Assembly (NCBI GenBank): GCA_964016885.1
Contig: OZ024741.1
Span: 411,060,001 to 411,124,000, forward strand
DNA: 64,000 nt
Direction of reading: 5' to 3'
DNA from: Eledone cirrhosa
Taxonomy: Eukaryota
Part shown: positions 1-15,000 of the stretch, piece after piece
Numbering within the stretch: position 1 is the first letter of the stretch
Layout of the letters: each line of letters begins with the position of its first letter
Notes under the pieces: model-generated
What the model was told of the DNA's origin: nothing
What the model saw: only the letters and a program-made list of their open reading frames with translations
The model's database searches: none
Made by a program: the position numbers and the translations under genes

Positions 1-3000
1 CTGTCTATGTTGTTTAACCCTTCCATTACCATATTTCTAATGTAAGACACTGTCTATGTTGTTTAACCCTTTCATTACCATATTTCTAACGTAAGACACT
101 GTCTATGTTGTTTAACCCTTTCATTACCATATTTCTAATGTAAGACACTGTCTATGTTGTTTAACCCTTCCATTAATATATTTCTAATGTAAGACACTGT
201 CTATGTTGTTTAACCCTTTCATTACCATATTTCTAATGTAAGACACTGTCTATGTTGTTTAACCCTTACATTACCATATTTCTAATGAAAGACACTGTCT
301 ATGTTGTTTAACCCTTTCATTACCATATTTCTAATGTAAGACACAGTCTATGTTGTTTAACCCTTTCATTACCATATTTCTAATGAAAGACACTGTCTAT
401 GTTGTTTAACCGTTTCATTAACATATTTCTAAAGTAAGACACTGTCTATGTTCTTTAACCCTTTCAATACCATATTTCTAATGTAAGACACTGTCTATGT
501 TGTTTAACCCTTCCATTACCATATTTCTAATGTAAGACACTGTCTATGTTGTTTAACCCTTTCATTACCATATTTCTAATGAAAGACACTGTCTATGTTG
601 TTTAACCCTTCCATTACCATATTTCTAATGTAAGACACTGTCTATGTTGTTTAACCCTTCCATTACCATATTTCTAATGTAAGACACTGTCTATGTTGTT
701 TAACCCTTTCACTACCATATTTCTAATGTAAGACACTGTCTATGTTGTTTAACCCTTTCATTACCATATTTCTAATGTAAGACACTGTCTATGTTGTTTA
801 ACCCTTTCATTACCATATTTCTAATGTAAGACACTGTCTATGTTCTTTAACCCTTTCAATACCATATTTCTAATGTAAGACACTGTCTATGTTGTTTAAC
901 CCTTTCGTTACCATATTTCTAATGTAAGACACTGTCTATGTTGTTTAACCCTTTCATTACCATATTTCTAATGTAAGACACTGTCTATGTTGTTTAACCC
1001 TTCCATTACCATATTTCTAATGTAAGACACTGTCTATGTTGTTTAACCCTTTCATTACCATATTTCTAATGAAAGACACTGTCTATGTTGTTTAACCCTT
1101 CCATTACCATATTTCTAATGTAAGACACTGTCTATGTTGTTTAACCCTTCCATTACCATATTTCTAATGTAAGACACTGTCTATGTTTTTTAACCCTTTC
1201 ACTACCATATTTCTAATGTAAGACACTGTCTATGTTGTTTAACCCTTTCATTACCATATTTCTAATGTAAGACACTGTCTATGTCGTTTAACCCTTTCAT
1301 TACCATATTTCTAATGAAAGACACTGTCTATGTTGTTTAACCCTTTCATTACCATATTTCTAATGAAAGACACTGTCTATGTTGTTTAACCCTTTCATTA
1401 CCATATTTCTAATGAAAGACACTGTCTATGTTGTTTAACCCTTACATTACCATATTTCTAATGAAAGACACTGTCTATGTTCTTTAACCCTTTCAATACC
1501 ATATTTCTAATGAAAGACACTGTCTATGTTGTTTAACCCTTTCATTACCATATTTCTAATGTAAGACACTGTCTATGTTGTTTAACCCTTTCATTACCAT
1601 ATTTCTAATGAAAGACACTGTCTATGTTGTTTAACCGTTTCATTAACATATTTCTAATGTAAGACACTGTCTATGTTGTTTAACCCTTTCATTACCATAT
1701 TTCTAATGAAAGACACTGTCTATGTTGTTTAACCCTTTCATTACCATATTTCTAACGTAAGACACTGTCTATGTTGTTTAACCCTTTCATTACCATATTT
1801 CTAATGTAAGACACTGTCTATGTTGTTTAACCCTTCCATTAATATATTTCTAATGTAAGACACTGTCTATGTTGTTTAACCCTTTCATTACCATATTTCT
1901 AATGTAAGACACTGTCTATGTTGTTTAACCCTTACATTACCATATTTCTAATGAAAGACACTGTCTATGTTGTTTAACCGTTTCATTAACATATTTCTAA
2001 TGTAAGACACTGTCTATGTTGTTTAACCCTTTCATTACCATATTTCTAATGAAAGACACTGTCTATGTTGTTTAACCCTTTCATTACCATATTTCTAACG
2101 TAAGACACTGTCTATGTTGTTTAACCCTTTCATTACCATATTTCTAATGTAAGACACTGTCTATGTTGTTTAACCCTTCCATTAATATATTTCTAATGTA
2201 AGACACTGTCTATGTTGTTTAACCCTTTCATTACCATATTTCTAATGTAAGACACTGTCTATGTTGTTTAATCCTTTCATTACCATATTTCTAATGAAAG
2301 ACACTGTCTATGTTGTTTAACCCTTTCATTACCATATTTCTAATGAAAGACACTGTCTATGTTGTTTAACCCTTTCAATACCATATTTCTAATGTAAGAC
2401 ACTGTCTATGTTGTTTAACCCTTTCATTACCATATTTCTAATGTAAGACACTGTCTATGTTGTTTAACCCTTTCATTACCATATTTCTAATGTAAGACAC
2501 TGTCTATGTTGTTTAACCCTTTCATTACTATATTTCTAATGTAAGACACTGTCTATGTTGTTTAATCCTTTCATTACCATATTTCTAATGAAAGACACTG
2601 TCTATGTTGTTTAACCCTTTCATTACCATATTTCTAATGTAAGACACTGTCTATGTTCTTTAACCCTTTCAATACCATATTTCTAATGTAAGACACTGTC
2701 TATGTTGTTTAACCCTTTCGTTACCATATTTCTAATGTAAGACACTGTCTATGTTGTTTAACCCTTTCATTACCATATTTCTAATGTAAGACACTGTCTA
2801 TGTTGTTTAACCCTTCCATTACCATATTTCTAATGTAAGACACTGTCTATGTTGTTAAACCCTTTCATTACCATATTTCTAATGAAAGACACTGTCTATG
2901 TTGTTTAACCCTTCCATTACCATATTTCTAATGTAAGACACTGTCTATGTTGTTTAACCCTTCCATTACCATATTTCTAATGTAAGACACTGTCTATGTT

Positions 3001-6000
3001 TTTTAACCCTTTCATTACCATATTTCTAATGTAAGACACTGTCTATGTTGTTTAACCCTTTCAATACCATATTTCTAATGAAAGACACTGTCTATGTTGT
3101 TTAACCCTTTCATTACCATATTTCTAATGTAAGACACTGTCTATGTTGTTTAACCCTTACATTACCATATTTCTAATGAAAGACACTTTCTATGTTCTTT
3201 AACCCTTTCAATACCATATTTCTAATGAAAGACACTGTCTGTCGTTTAACCCTTTCATTACCATATTTCTAATGAAAGACACTGTCAATGTTGTTTAACC
3301 CTTTCATTACTATATTTCTAATGTAAGACACTGTCTATGTTGTTTAACCCTTACATTACCATATTTCTAATGAAAGACACTTTCTATGTTCTTTAACCCT
3401 TTCAATACTATATTTCTAATGAAAGACACTGTCTATGTCGTTTAACCCTTTCATTACCATATTTCTAATGAAAGACACTGTCTATGTTGTTTAACCCTTT
3501 CATTACCATATTTCTAATGTAAGACACTGTCTATGTTGTTTAACCCTTTCATTACCATATTTCTAATGAAAGACACTGTCTATGTTGTTTAACCCTTCCA
3601 TTACCATATTTCTAATGTAAGACACTGTCTATGTTGTTTAACCCTTTCATTACCATATTTCTAACGTAAGACACTGTCTATGTTGTTTAACCCTTTCATT
3701 ACCATATTTCTAATGTAAGACACTGTCTATGTTGTTTAACCCTTCCATTAATATATTTCTAATGTAAGACACTGTCTATGTTGTTTAACCCTTTCATTAC
3801 CATATTTCTAATGTAAGACACTGTCTATGTTGTTTAACCCTTACATTACCATATTTCTAATGAAAGACACTGTCTATGTTGTTTAACCCTTTCATTACCA
3901 TATTTCTAATGTAAGACACAGTCTATGTTGTTTAACCCTTTCATTACCATATTTCTAATGAAAGACACTGTCTATGTTGTTTAACCGTTTCATTAACATA
4001 TTTCTAAAGTAAGACACTGTCTATGTTCTTTAACCCTTTCAATACCATATTTCTAATGTAAGACACTGTCTATGTTGTTTAACCCTTCCATTACCATATT
4101 TCTAATGTAAGACACTGTCTATGTTGTTTAACCCTTTCATTACCATATTTCTAATGAAAGACACTGTCTATGTTGTTTAACCCTTCCATTACCATATTTC
4201 TAATGTAAGACACTGTCTATGTTGTTTAACCCTTCCATTACCATATTTCTAATGTAAGACACTGTCTATGTTGTTTAACCCTTTCACTACCATATTTCTA
4301 ATGTAAGACACTGTCTATGTTGTTTAACCCTTTCATTACCATATTTCTAATGTAAGACACTGTCTATGTTGTTTAACCCTTTCATTACCATATTTCTAAT
4401 GTAAGACACTGTCTATGTTCTTTAACCCTTTCAATACCATATTTCTAATGTAAGACACTGTCTATGTTGTTTAACCCTTTCGTTACCATATTTCTAATGT
4501 AAGACACTGTCTATGTTGTTTAACCCTTTCATTACCATATTTCTAATGTAAGACACTGTCTATGTTGTTTAACCCTTCCATTACCATATTTCTAATGTAA
4601 GACACTGTCTATGTTGTTTAACCCTTTCATTACCATATTTCTAATGAAAGACACTGTCTATGTTGTTTAACCCTTCCATTACCATATTTCTAATGTAAGA
4701 CACTGTCTATGTTGTTTAACCCTTCCATTACCATATTTCTAATGTAAGACACTGTCTATGTTTTTTAACCCTTTCACTACCATATTTCTAATGTAAGACA
4801 CTGTCTATGTTGTTTAACCCTTTCATTACCATATTTCTAATGTAAGACACTGTCTATGTCGTTTAACCCTTTCATTACCATATTTCTAATGAAAGACACT
4901 GTCTATGTTGTTTAACCCTTTCATTACCATATTTCTAATGAAAGACACTGTCTATGTTGTTTAACCCTTTCATTACCATATTTCTAATGAAAGACACTGT
5001 CTATGTTGTTTAACCCTTACATTACCATATTTCTAATGAAAGACACTGTCTATGTTCTTTAACCCTTTCAATACCATATTTCTAATGAAAGACACTGTCT
5101 ATGTTGTTTAACCCTTTCATTACCATATTTCTAATGTAAGACACTGTCTATGTTGTTTAACCCTTTCATTACCATATTTCTAATGAAAGACACTGTCTAT
5201 GTTGTTTAACCGTTTCATTAACATATTTCTAATGTAAGACACTGTCTATGTTGTTTAACCCTTTCATTACCATATTTCTAATGAAAGACACTGTCTATGT
5301 TGTTTAACCCTTTCATTACCATATTTCTAACGTAAGACACTGTCTATGTTGTTTAACCCTTTCATTACCATATTTCTAATGTAAGACACTGTCTATGTTG
5401 TTTAACCCTTCCATTAATATATTTCTAATGTAAGACACTGTCTATGTTGTTTAACCCTTTCATTACCATATTTCTAATGTAAGACACTGTCTATGTTGTT
5501 TAACCCTTACATTACCATATTTCTAATGAAAGACACTGTCTATGTTGTTTAACCCGTTCAATACCATATTTCTAATGAAAGACACTGTCTATGTTGTTAA
5601 ACCCTTTCATTACTATATTTCTAATGTAAGACACTGTCTATGTTGTTTAACCCTTTCATTACCATATTTCTAATGAAAGACACTGTCTATGTTGTTTAAC
5701 CCTTTCAATACCATATTTCTAATGAAAGACACTGTCTATGTTGTTTAACCCTTTCAATACCATATTTCTAATGAAAGACACTGTCTATGTTGTTAAACCC
5801 TTTCATTACTATATTTCTAATGTAAGACACTGTCTATGTTGTTTAACCCTTTCATTACCATATTTCTAATGTAAGACACTGTCTATGTTGTTTAAGCCTT
5901 CCATTACTATATTTCTAATGTAAGACACTGTCTATGTTGTTTAACCCTTTCATTACCATATTTCTAATGTAAGACACTGTCTATGTTGTTTAACCCTTTC

Positions 6001-9000
6001 ATTACCATATTTCTAATGTAAGACACTGTCTATGTTGTTTAACCCTTACATTACCATATTTCTAATGAAAGACACTGTCTATGTTGTTTAACCCTTTCAT
6101 TACCATATTTCTAATGTAAGACACAGTCTATGTTGTTTAACCCTTTCATTACCATATTTCTAATGAAAGACACTGTCTATGTTGTTTAACCGTTTCATTA
6201 ACATATTTCTAAAGTAAGACACTGTCTATGTTCTTTAACCCTTTCAATACCATATTTCTAATGTAAGACACTGTCTATGTTGTTTAACCCTTCCATTACC
6301 ATATTTCTAATGTAAGACACTGTCTATGTTGTTTAACCCTTTCATTACCATATTTCTAATGAAAGACACTGTCTATGTTGTTTAACCCTTCCATTACCAT
6401 ATTTCTAATGTAAGACACTGTCTATGTTGTTTAACCCTTCCATTACCATATTTCTAATGTAAGACACTGTCTATGTTGTTTAACCCTTTCACTACCATAT
6501 TTCTAATGTAAGACACTGTCTATGTTGTTTAACCCTTTCATTACCATATTTCTAATGTAAGACACTGTCTATGTTGTTTAACCCTTTCATTACCATATTT
6601 CTAATGTAAGACACTGTCTATGTTCTTTAACCCTTTCAATACCATATTTCTAATGTAAGACACTGTCTATGTTGTTTAACCCTTTCGTTACCATATTTCT
6701 AATGTAAGACACTGTCTATGTTGTTTAACCCTTTCATTACCATATTTCTAATGTAAGACACTGTCTATGTTGTTTAACCCTTCCATTACCATATTTCTAA
6801 TGTAAGACACTGTCTATGTTGTTTAACCCTTTCATTACCATATTTCTAATGAAAGACACTGTCTATGTTGTTTAACCCTTCCATTACCATATTTCTAATG
6901 TAAGACACTGTCTATGTTGTTTAACCCTTCCATTACCATATTTCTAATGTAAGACACTGTCTATGTTTTTTAACCCTTTCACTACCATATTTCTAATGTA
7001 AGACACTGTCTATGTTGTTTAACCCTTTCATTACCATATTTCTAATGTAAGACACTGTCTATGTCGTTTAACCCTTTCATTACCATATTTCTAATGAAAG
7101 ACACTGTCTATGTTGTTTAACCCTTTCATTACCATATTTCTAATGAAAGACACTGTCTATGTTGTTTAACCCTTTCATTACCATATTTCTAATGAAAGAC
7201 ACTGTCTATGTTGTTTAACCCTTACATTACCATATTTCTAATGAAAGACACTGTCTATGTTCTTTAACCCTTTCAATACCATATTTCTAATGAAAGACAC
7301 TGTCTATGTTGTTTAACCCTTTCATTACCATATTTCTAATGTAAGACACTGTCTATGTTGTTTAACCCTTTCATTACCATATTTCTAATGAAAGACACTG
7401 TCTATGTTGTTTAACCGTTTCATTAACATATTTCTAATGTAAGACACTGTCTATGTTGTTTAACCCTTTCATTACCATATTTCTAATGAAAGACACTGTC
7501 TATGTTGTTTAACCCTTTCATTACCATATTTCTAACGTAAGACACTGTCTATGTTGTTTAACCCTTTCATTACCATATTTCTAATGTAAGACACTGTCTA
7601 TGTTGTTTAACCCTTCCATTAATATATTTCTAATGTAAGACACTGTCTATGTTGTTTAACCCTTTCATTACCATATTTCTAATGTAAGACACTGTCTATG
7701 TTGTTTAACCCTTACATTACCATATTTCTAATGAAAGACACTGTCTATGTTGTTTAACCCGTTCAATACCATATTTCTAATGAAAGACACTGTCTATGTT
7801 GTTAAACCCTTTCATTACTATATTTCTAATGTAAGACACTGTCTATGTTGTTTAACCCTTTCATTACCATATTTCTAATGAAAGACACTGTCTATGTTGT
7901 TTAACCCTTTCAATACCATATTTCTAATGAAAGACACTGTCTATGTTGTTTAACCCTTTCAATACCATATTTCTAATGAAAGACACTGTCTATGTTGTTA
8001 AACCCTTTCATTACTATATTTCTAATGTAAGACACTGTCTATGTTGTTTAACCCTTTCATTACCATATTTCTAATGTAAGACACTGTCTATGTTGTTTAA
8101 GCCTTCCATTACTATATTTCTAATGTAAGACACTGTCTATGTTGTTTAACCCTTTCATTACCATATTTCTAATGTAAGACACTGTCTATGTTGTTTAACC
8201 CTTACATTACCATATTTCTAATGAAAGACACTGTCTATGTTCTTTAACCCTTTCAATACCATATTTCTAATGAAAGACACTGTCTATGTTGTTTAACCCT
8301 TTCATTACCATATTTCTAATGTAAGACACTGTCTATGTTGTTTAACCCTTTCAATACCATATTTCTAATGAAAGACACTGTCTATGTTGTTTAACCCTTT
8401 CATTACTATATTTCTAATGTAAGACACTGTCTATGTTGTTTAACCCTTACATTACCATATTTCTAATGAAAGACACTTTATATGTTCTTTAACCCTTTCA
8501 ATACCATATTTCTAATGAAAGACACTGTCTATGTCGTTTAACCCTTTCATTACCATATTTCTAATGAAAGACACTGTCTATGTTGTTTAACCCTTTCATT
8601 ACCATATTTCTAATGAAAGACACTGTCTATGTTGTTTAACCCTTTCATTACCATATTTCTAATGAAAGACACTGTCTATGTTGTTTAACCCTTACATTAC
8701 CATATTTCTAATGAAAGACACTGTCTATGTTCTTTAACCCTTTCAATACCATATTTCTAATGAAAGACACTGTCTATGTTGTTTAACCCTTACATTACCA
8801 TATTTCTAATGAAAGACACTGTCTATGTTCTTTAACCCTTTCAATACCATATTTCTAATGAAAGACACTGTCTATGTTGTTTAACCCTTCCATTACCATA
8901 TTTCTAATGTAAGACACTGTCTATGTTTTTTAACCCTTTCACTACCATATTTCTAATGTAAGACACTGTCTATGTTGTTTAACCCTTTCATTACCATATT

Positions 9001-12000
9001 TCTAATGTAAGACACTGTCTATGTCGTTTAACCCTTTCATTACCATATTTCTAATGAAAGACACTGTCTATGTTGTTTAACCCTTTCATTACCATATTTC
9101 TAATGAAAGACACTGTCTATGTTGTTTAACCCTTTCATTACCATATTTCTAATGAAAGACACTGTCTATGTTGTTTAACCCTTACATTACCATATTTCTA
9201 ATGAAAGACACTGTCTATGTTCTTTAACCCTTTCAATACCATATTTCTAATGAAAGACACTGTCTATGTTGTTTAACCCTTTCATTACCATATTTCTAAT
9301 GTAAGACACTGTCTATGTTGTTTAACCCTTTCATTACCATATTTCTAATGAAAGACACTGTCTATGTTGTTTAACCGTTTCATTAACATATTTCTAATGT
9401 AAGACACTGTCTATGTTGTTTAACCCTTTCATTACCATATTTCTAATGAAAGACACTGTCTATGTTGTTTAACCCTTTCATTACCATATTTCTAACGTAA
9501 GACACTGTCTATGTTGTTTAACCCTTTCATTACCATATTTCTAATGTAAGACACTGTCTATGTTGTTTAACCCTTCCATTAATATATTTCTAATGTAAGA
9601 CACTGTCTATGTTGTTTAACCCTTTCATTACCATATTTCTAATGTAAGACACTGTCTATGTTGTTTAACCCTTACATTACCATATTTCTAATGAAAGACA
9701 CTGTCTATGTTGTTTAACCCGTTCAATACCATATTTCTAATGAAAGACACTGTCTATGTTGTTAAACCCTTTCATTACTATATTTCTAATGTAAGACACT
9801 GTCTATGTTGTTTAACCCTTTCATTACCATATTTCTAATGAAAGACACTGTCTATGTTGTTTAACCCTTTCAATACCATATTTCTAATGAAAGACACTGT
9901 CTATGTTGTTTAACCCTTTCAATACCATATTTCTAATGAAAGACACTGTCTATGTTGTTAAACCCTTTCATTACTATATTTCTAATGTAAGACACTGTCT
10001 ATGTTGTTTAACCCTTTCATTACCATATTTCTAATGTAAGACACTGTCTATGTTGTTTAAGCCTTCCATTACTATATTTCTAATGTAAGACACTGTCTAT
10101 GTTGTTTAACCCTTTCATTACCATATTTCTAATGTAAGACACTGTCTATGTTGTTTAACCCTTACATTACCATATTTCTAATGAAAGACACTGTCTATGT
10201 TCTTTAACCCTTTCAATACCATATTTCTAATGAAAGACACTGTCTATGTTGTTTAACCCTTTCATTACCATATTTCTAATGTAAGACACTGTCTATGTTG
10301 TTTAACCCTTTCAATACCATATTTCTAATGAAAGACACTGTCTATGTTGTTTAACCCTTTCATTACTATATTTCTAATGTAAGACACTGTCTATGTTGTT
10401 TAACCCTTACATTACCATATTTCTAATGAAAGACACTTTATATGTTCTTTAACCCTTTCAATACCATATTTCTAATGAAAGACACTGTCTATGTCGTTTA
10501 ACCCTTTCATTACCATATTTCTAATGAAAGACACTGTCTATGTTGTTTAACCCTTTCATTACCATATTTCTAATGAAAGACACTGTCTATGTTGTTTAAC
10601 CCTTTCATTACCATATTTCTAATGAAAGACACTGTCTATGTTGTTTAACCCTTACATTACCATATTTCTAATGAAAGACACTGTCTATGTTCTTTAACCC
10701 TTTCAATACCATATTTCTAATGAAAGACACTGTCTATGTTGTTTAACCCTTTCATTACTATATTTCTAATGTAAGACACTGTCTATGTTGTTTAACCCTT
10801 ACATTACCATATTTCTAATGAAAGACACTGTCTATGTTGTTAAACCCTTTCATTACTATATTTCTAATGTAAGACACTGTCTATGTTGTTTAACCCTTTC
10901 ATTACCATATTTCTAATGTAAGACACTGTCTATGTTGTTTAAGCCTTCCATTACTATATTTCTAATGTAAGACACTGTCTATGTTGTTTAACCCTTTCAT
11001 TACCATATTTCTAATGTAAGACACTGTCTATGTTGTTTAACCCTTACATTACCATATTTCTAATGAAAGACACTGTCTATGTTCTTTAACCCTTTCAATA
11101 CCATATTTCTAATGAAAGACACTGTCTATGTTGTTTAACCCTTTCATTACCATATTTCTAATGTAAGACACTGTCTATGTTGTTTAACCCTTTCAATACC
11201 ATATTTCTAATGAAAGACACTGTCTATGTTGTTTAACCCTTTCATTACTATATTTCTAATGTAAGACACTGTCTATGTTGTTTAACCCTTACATTACCAT
11301 ATTTCTAATGAAAGACACTTTATATGTTCTTTAACCCTTTCAATACCATATTTCTAATGAAAGACACTGTCTATGTCGTTTAACCCTTTCATTACCATAT
11401 TTCTAATGAAAGACACTGTCTATGTTGTTTAACCCTTTCATTACCATATTTCTAATGAAAGACACTGTCTATGTTGTTTAACCCTTTCATTACCATATTT
11501 CTAATGAAAGACACTGTCTATGTTGTTTAACCCTTACATTACCATATTTCTAATGAAAGACACTGTCTATGTTCTTTAACCCTTTCAATACCATATTTCT
11601 AATGAAAGACACTGTCTATGTTGTTTAACCCTTTCATTACTATATTTCTAATGTAAGACACTGTCTATGTTGTTTAACCCTTACATTACCATATTTCTAA
11701 TGAAAGACACTGTCTATGTTGTTTAACCCTTTCATTACCATATTTCTAATGTAAGACACTGTCTATGTTGTTTAACCCTTTCATTACCATATTTCTAATG
11801 AAAGACACTGTCTATGTTGTTTAACCGTTTCATTAACATATTTCTAATGTAAGACACTGTCTATGTTGTTTAACCCTTTCATTACCATATTTCTAATGAA
11901 AGACACTGTCTATGTTGTTTAACCCTTTCATTACCATATTTCTAATGTAAGACACTGTCTATGTTGTTTAACCCTTTCATTACCATATTTCTAATGAAAG

Positions 12001-15000
12001 ACACTGTCTATGTTGTTTAACCCTTTCATTACCATATTTCTAATGTAAGACACTGTCTATGTTGTTTAACCCTTTCATTACCATATTTCTAATGAAAGAC
12101 ACTGTCTATGTTGTTTAACACTTTCATTACCATATTTCTAATGAAAGACACTGTCTATGTTGTTTAACCCTTCCATTAACATATTTCTAATGTAAGACAC
12201 TGTCTATGTTGTTTAACCCTTCCATTACCATATTTCTAATGTAAGACACTGTCTATGTTGTTTAACCCTTTCATTACCATATTTCTAATGAAAGACACTG
12301 TCTATGTTGTTTAACCCTTCCATTACCATATTTCTAATGTAAGACACTGTCTATGTTGTTTAACCCTTTCATTACCATATTTCTAACGTAAGACACTGTC
12401 TATGTTGTTTAACCCTTTCATTACCATATTTCTAATGTAAGACACTGTCTATGTTGTTTAACCCTTTCATTAATATATTTCTAATGTAAGACACTGTCTA
12501 TGTTGTTTAACCCTTTCATTACCATATTTCTAATGTAAGACACTGTCTATGTTGTTTAACCCTTACATTACCATATTTCTAATGTAAGACACTGTCTATG
12601 TTGTTAAACCCTTTCATTACTATATTTCTAATGTAAGACACTGTCTATGTTGTTTAACCCTTTCATTACCATATTTCTAATGTAAGACACTGTCTATGTT
12701 GTTTAACCCTTTCATTACCATATTTCTAATGTAAGACACTGTCTATGTTGTTAAACCCTTTCATTACCATATTTCTAATGTAAGACACTGTCTATGTTGT
12801 TTAACCCTTACATTACCATATTTCTAATGTAAGACACTGTCTATGTTGTTAAACCCTTTCATTACTATATTTCTAATGTAAGACACTGTCTATGTTGTTT
12901 AACCCTTTCATTACCATATTTCTAATGTAAGACACTGTCTATGTTGTTTAACCCTTTCATTACCATATTTCTAATGTAAGACACTGTCTATGTTGTTAAA
13001 CCCTTTCATTACTATATTTCTAATGTAAGACACTGTCTATGTTGTTTAACCCTTTCATTACCATATTTCTAATGAAAGACACTGTCTATGTTGTTTAACC
13101 CTTTCAATACCATATTTCTAATGAAAGACACTGTCTATGTTGTTTAACCCTTTCAATACCATATTTCTAATGAAAGACACTGTTTATGTTGTTTAACCCT
13201 TTCATTACCATATTTCTCATGTAAGACACAGTCTATGTTGTTTAACCCTTTCATTACCATATTTCTAATGAAAGACACTGTCTATGTTGTTTAACCGTTT
13301 CATTAACATATTTCTAATGTAAGACACTGTCTATGTTCTTTAACCCTTTCAATACCATATTTCTAATGTAAGACACTGTCTATGTTGTTTAACCCTTTCA
13401 TTACCATATTTCTAATGTAAGACACTGTCTATGTTGTTTAACCCTTTCATTACCATATTTCTAATGTAAGACACTGTCTATGTTGTTTAACCCTTCCATT
13501 ACCATATTTCTAATGTAAGACACTGTCTATGTTGTTTAACCCTTCCATTACCATATTTCTAATGTAAGACACTGTCTATGTTGTTTAACCCTTTCATTAC
13601 CATATTTCTAATGAAAGACACTGTCTATGTTGTTTAACCCTTCCATTACCATATTTCTAATGTAAGACACTGTCTATGTTGTTTAACCCTTCCATTACCA
13701 TATTTCTAATGTAAGACACTGTCTATGTTGTTTAACCATTTCACTACCATATTTCTAATGTAAGACACTGTCTATGTTGTTTAACCCTTTCATTACCATA
13801 TTTCTAATGTAAGACACTGTCTATGTTGTTTAACCCTTTCATTACCATATTTCTAATGTAAGACACTGTCTATGTTGTTTAAGCCTTCCATTACTATATT
13901 TCTAATGTAAGACACTGTCTATGTTGTTTAACCCTTTCATTACCATATTTCTAATGTAAGACACTGTCTATGTTGTTTAACCCTTACATTACCATATTTC
14001 TAATGAAAGACACTGTCTATGTTCTTTAACCCTTTCAATACCATATTTCTAATGAAAGACACTGTCTATGTTGTTTAACCCTTTCATTACCATATTTCTA
14101 ATGTAAGACACTGTCTATGTTGTTTAACCCTTTCAATACCATATTTCTAATGAAAGACACTGTCTATGTTGTTTAACCCTTTCATTACTATATTTCTAAT
14201 GTAAGACACTGTCTATGTTGTTTAACCCTTACATTACCATATTTCTAATGAAAGACACTTTCTATGTTCTTTAACCCTTTCAATACCATATTTCTAATGA
14301 AAGACACTGTCTATGTCGTTTAACCCTTTCATTACCATATTTCTAATGAAAGACACTGTCTATGTTGTTTAACCCTTTCATTACCATATTTCTAATGAAA
14401 GACACTGTCTATGTTGTTTAACCCTTTCATTACCATATTTCTAATGAAAGACACTGTCTATGTTGTTTAACCCTTACATTACCATATTTCTAATGAAAGA
14501 CACTGTCTATGTTCTTTAACCCTTTCAATACCATATTTCTAATGAAAGACACTGTCTATGTTGTTTAACCCTTTCATTACCATATTTCTAATGAAAGACA
14601 CTGTCTATGTTGTTTAACCCTTATATTACCATATTTCTAATGAAAGACACTGTCTATGTTCTTTAACCCTTTCAATACCATATTTCTAATGAAAGACACT
14701 GTCTATGTTGTTTAACCCTTATATTACCATATTTCTAATGAAAGACACTGTCTATGTTCTTTAACCCTTTCAATACCATATTTCTAATGAAAGACACTGT
14801 CTATGTTTTTTAACCCTTTCATCACCATATTTCTAATGTAAGACACTGTCTATGTTGTTTAACCCTTACATTACCATATTTCTAATGTAAGACAGTCTAT
14901 GTTGTTTAACCCTTTCATTACCATATTACTTATGTAAGACACTGTCTATGTTGTTTAACCCTTTCATTACCATATTTCTAATGAAAGACACTGTCTATGT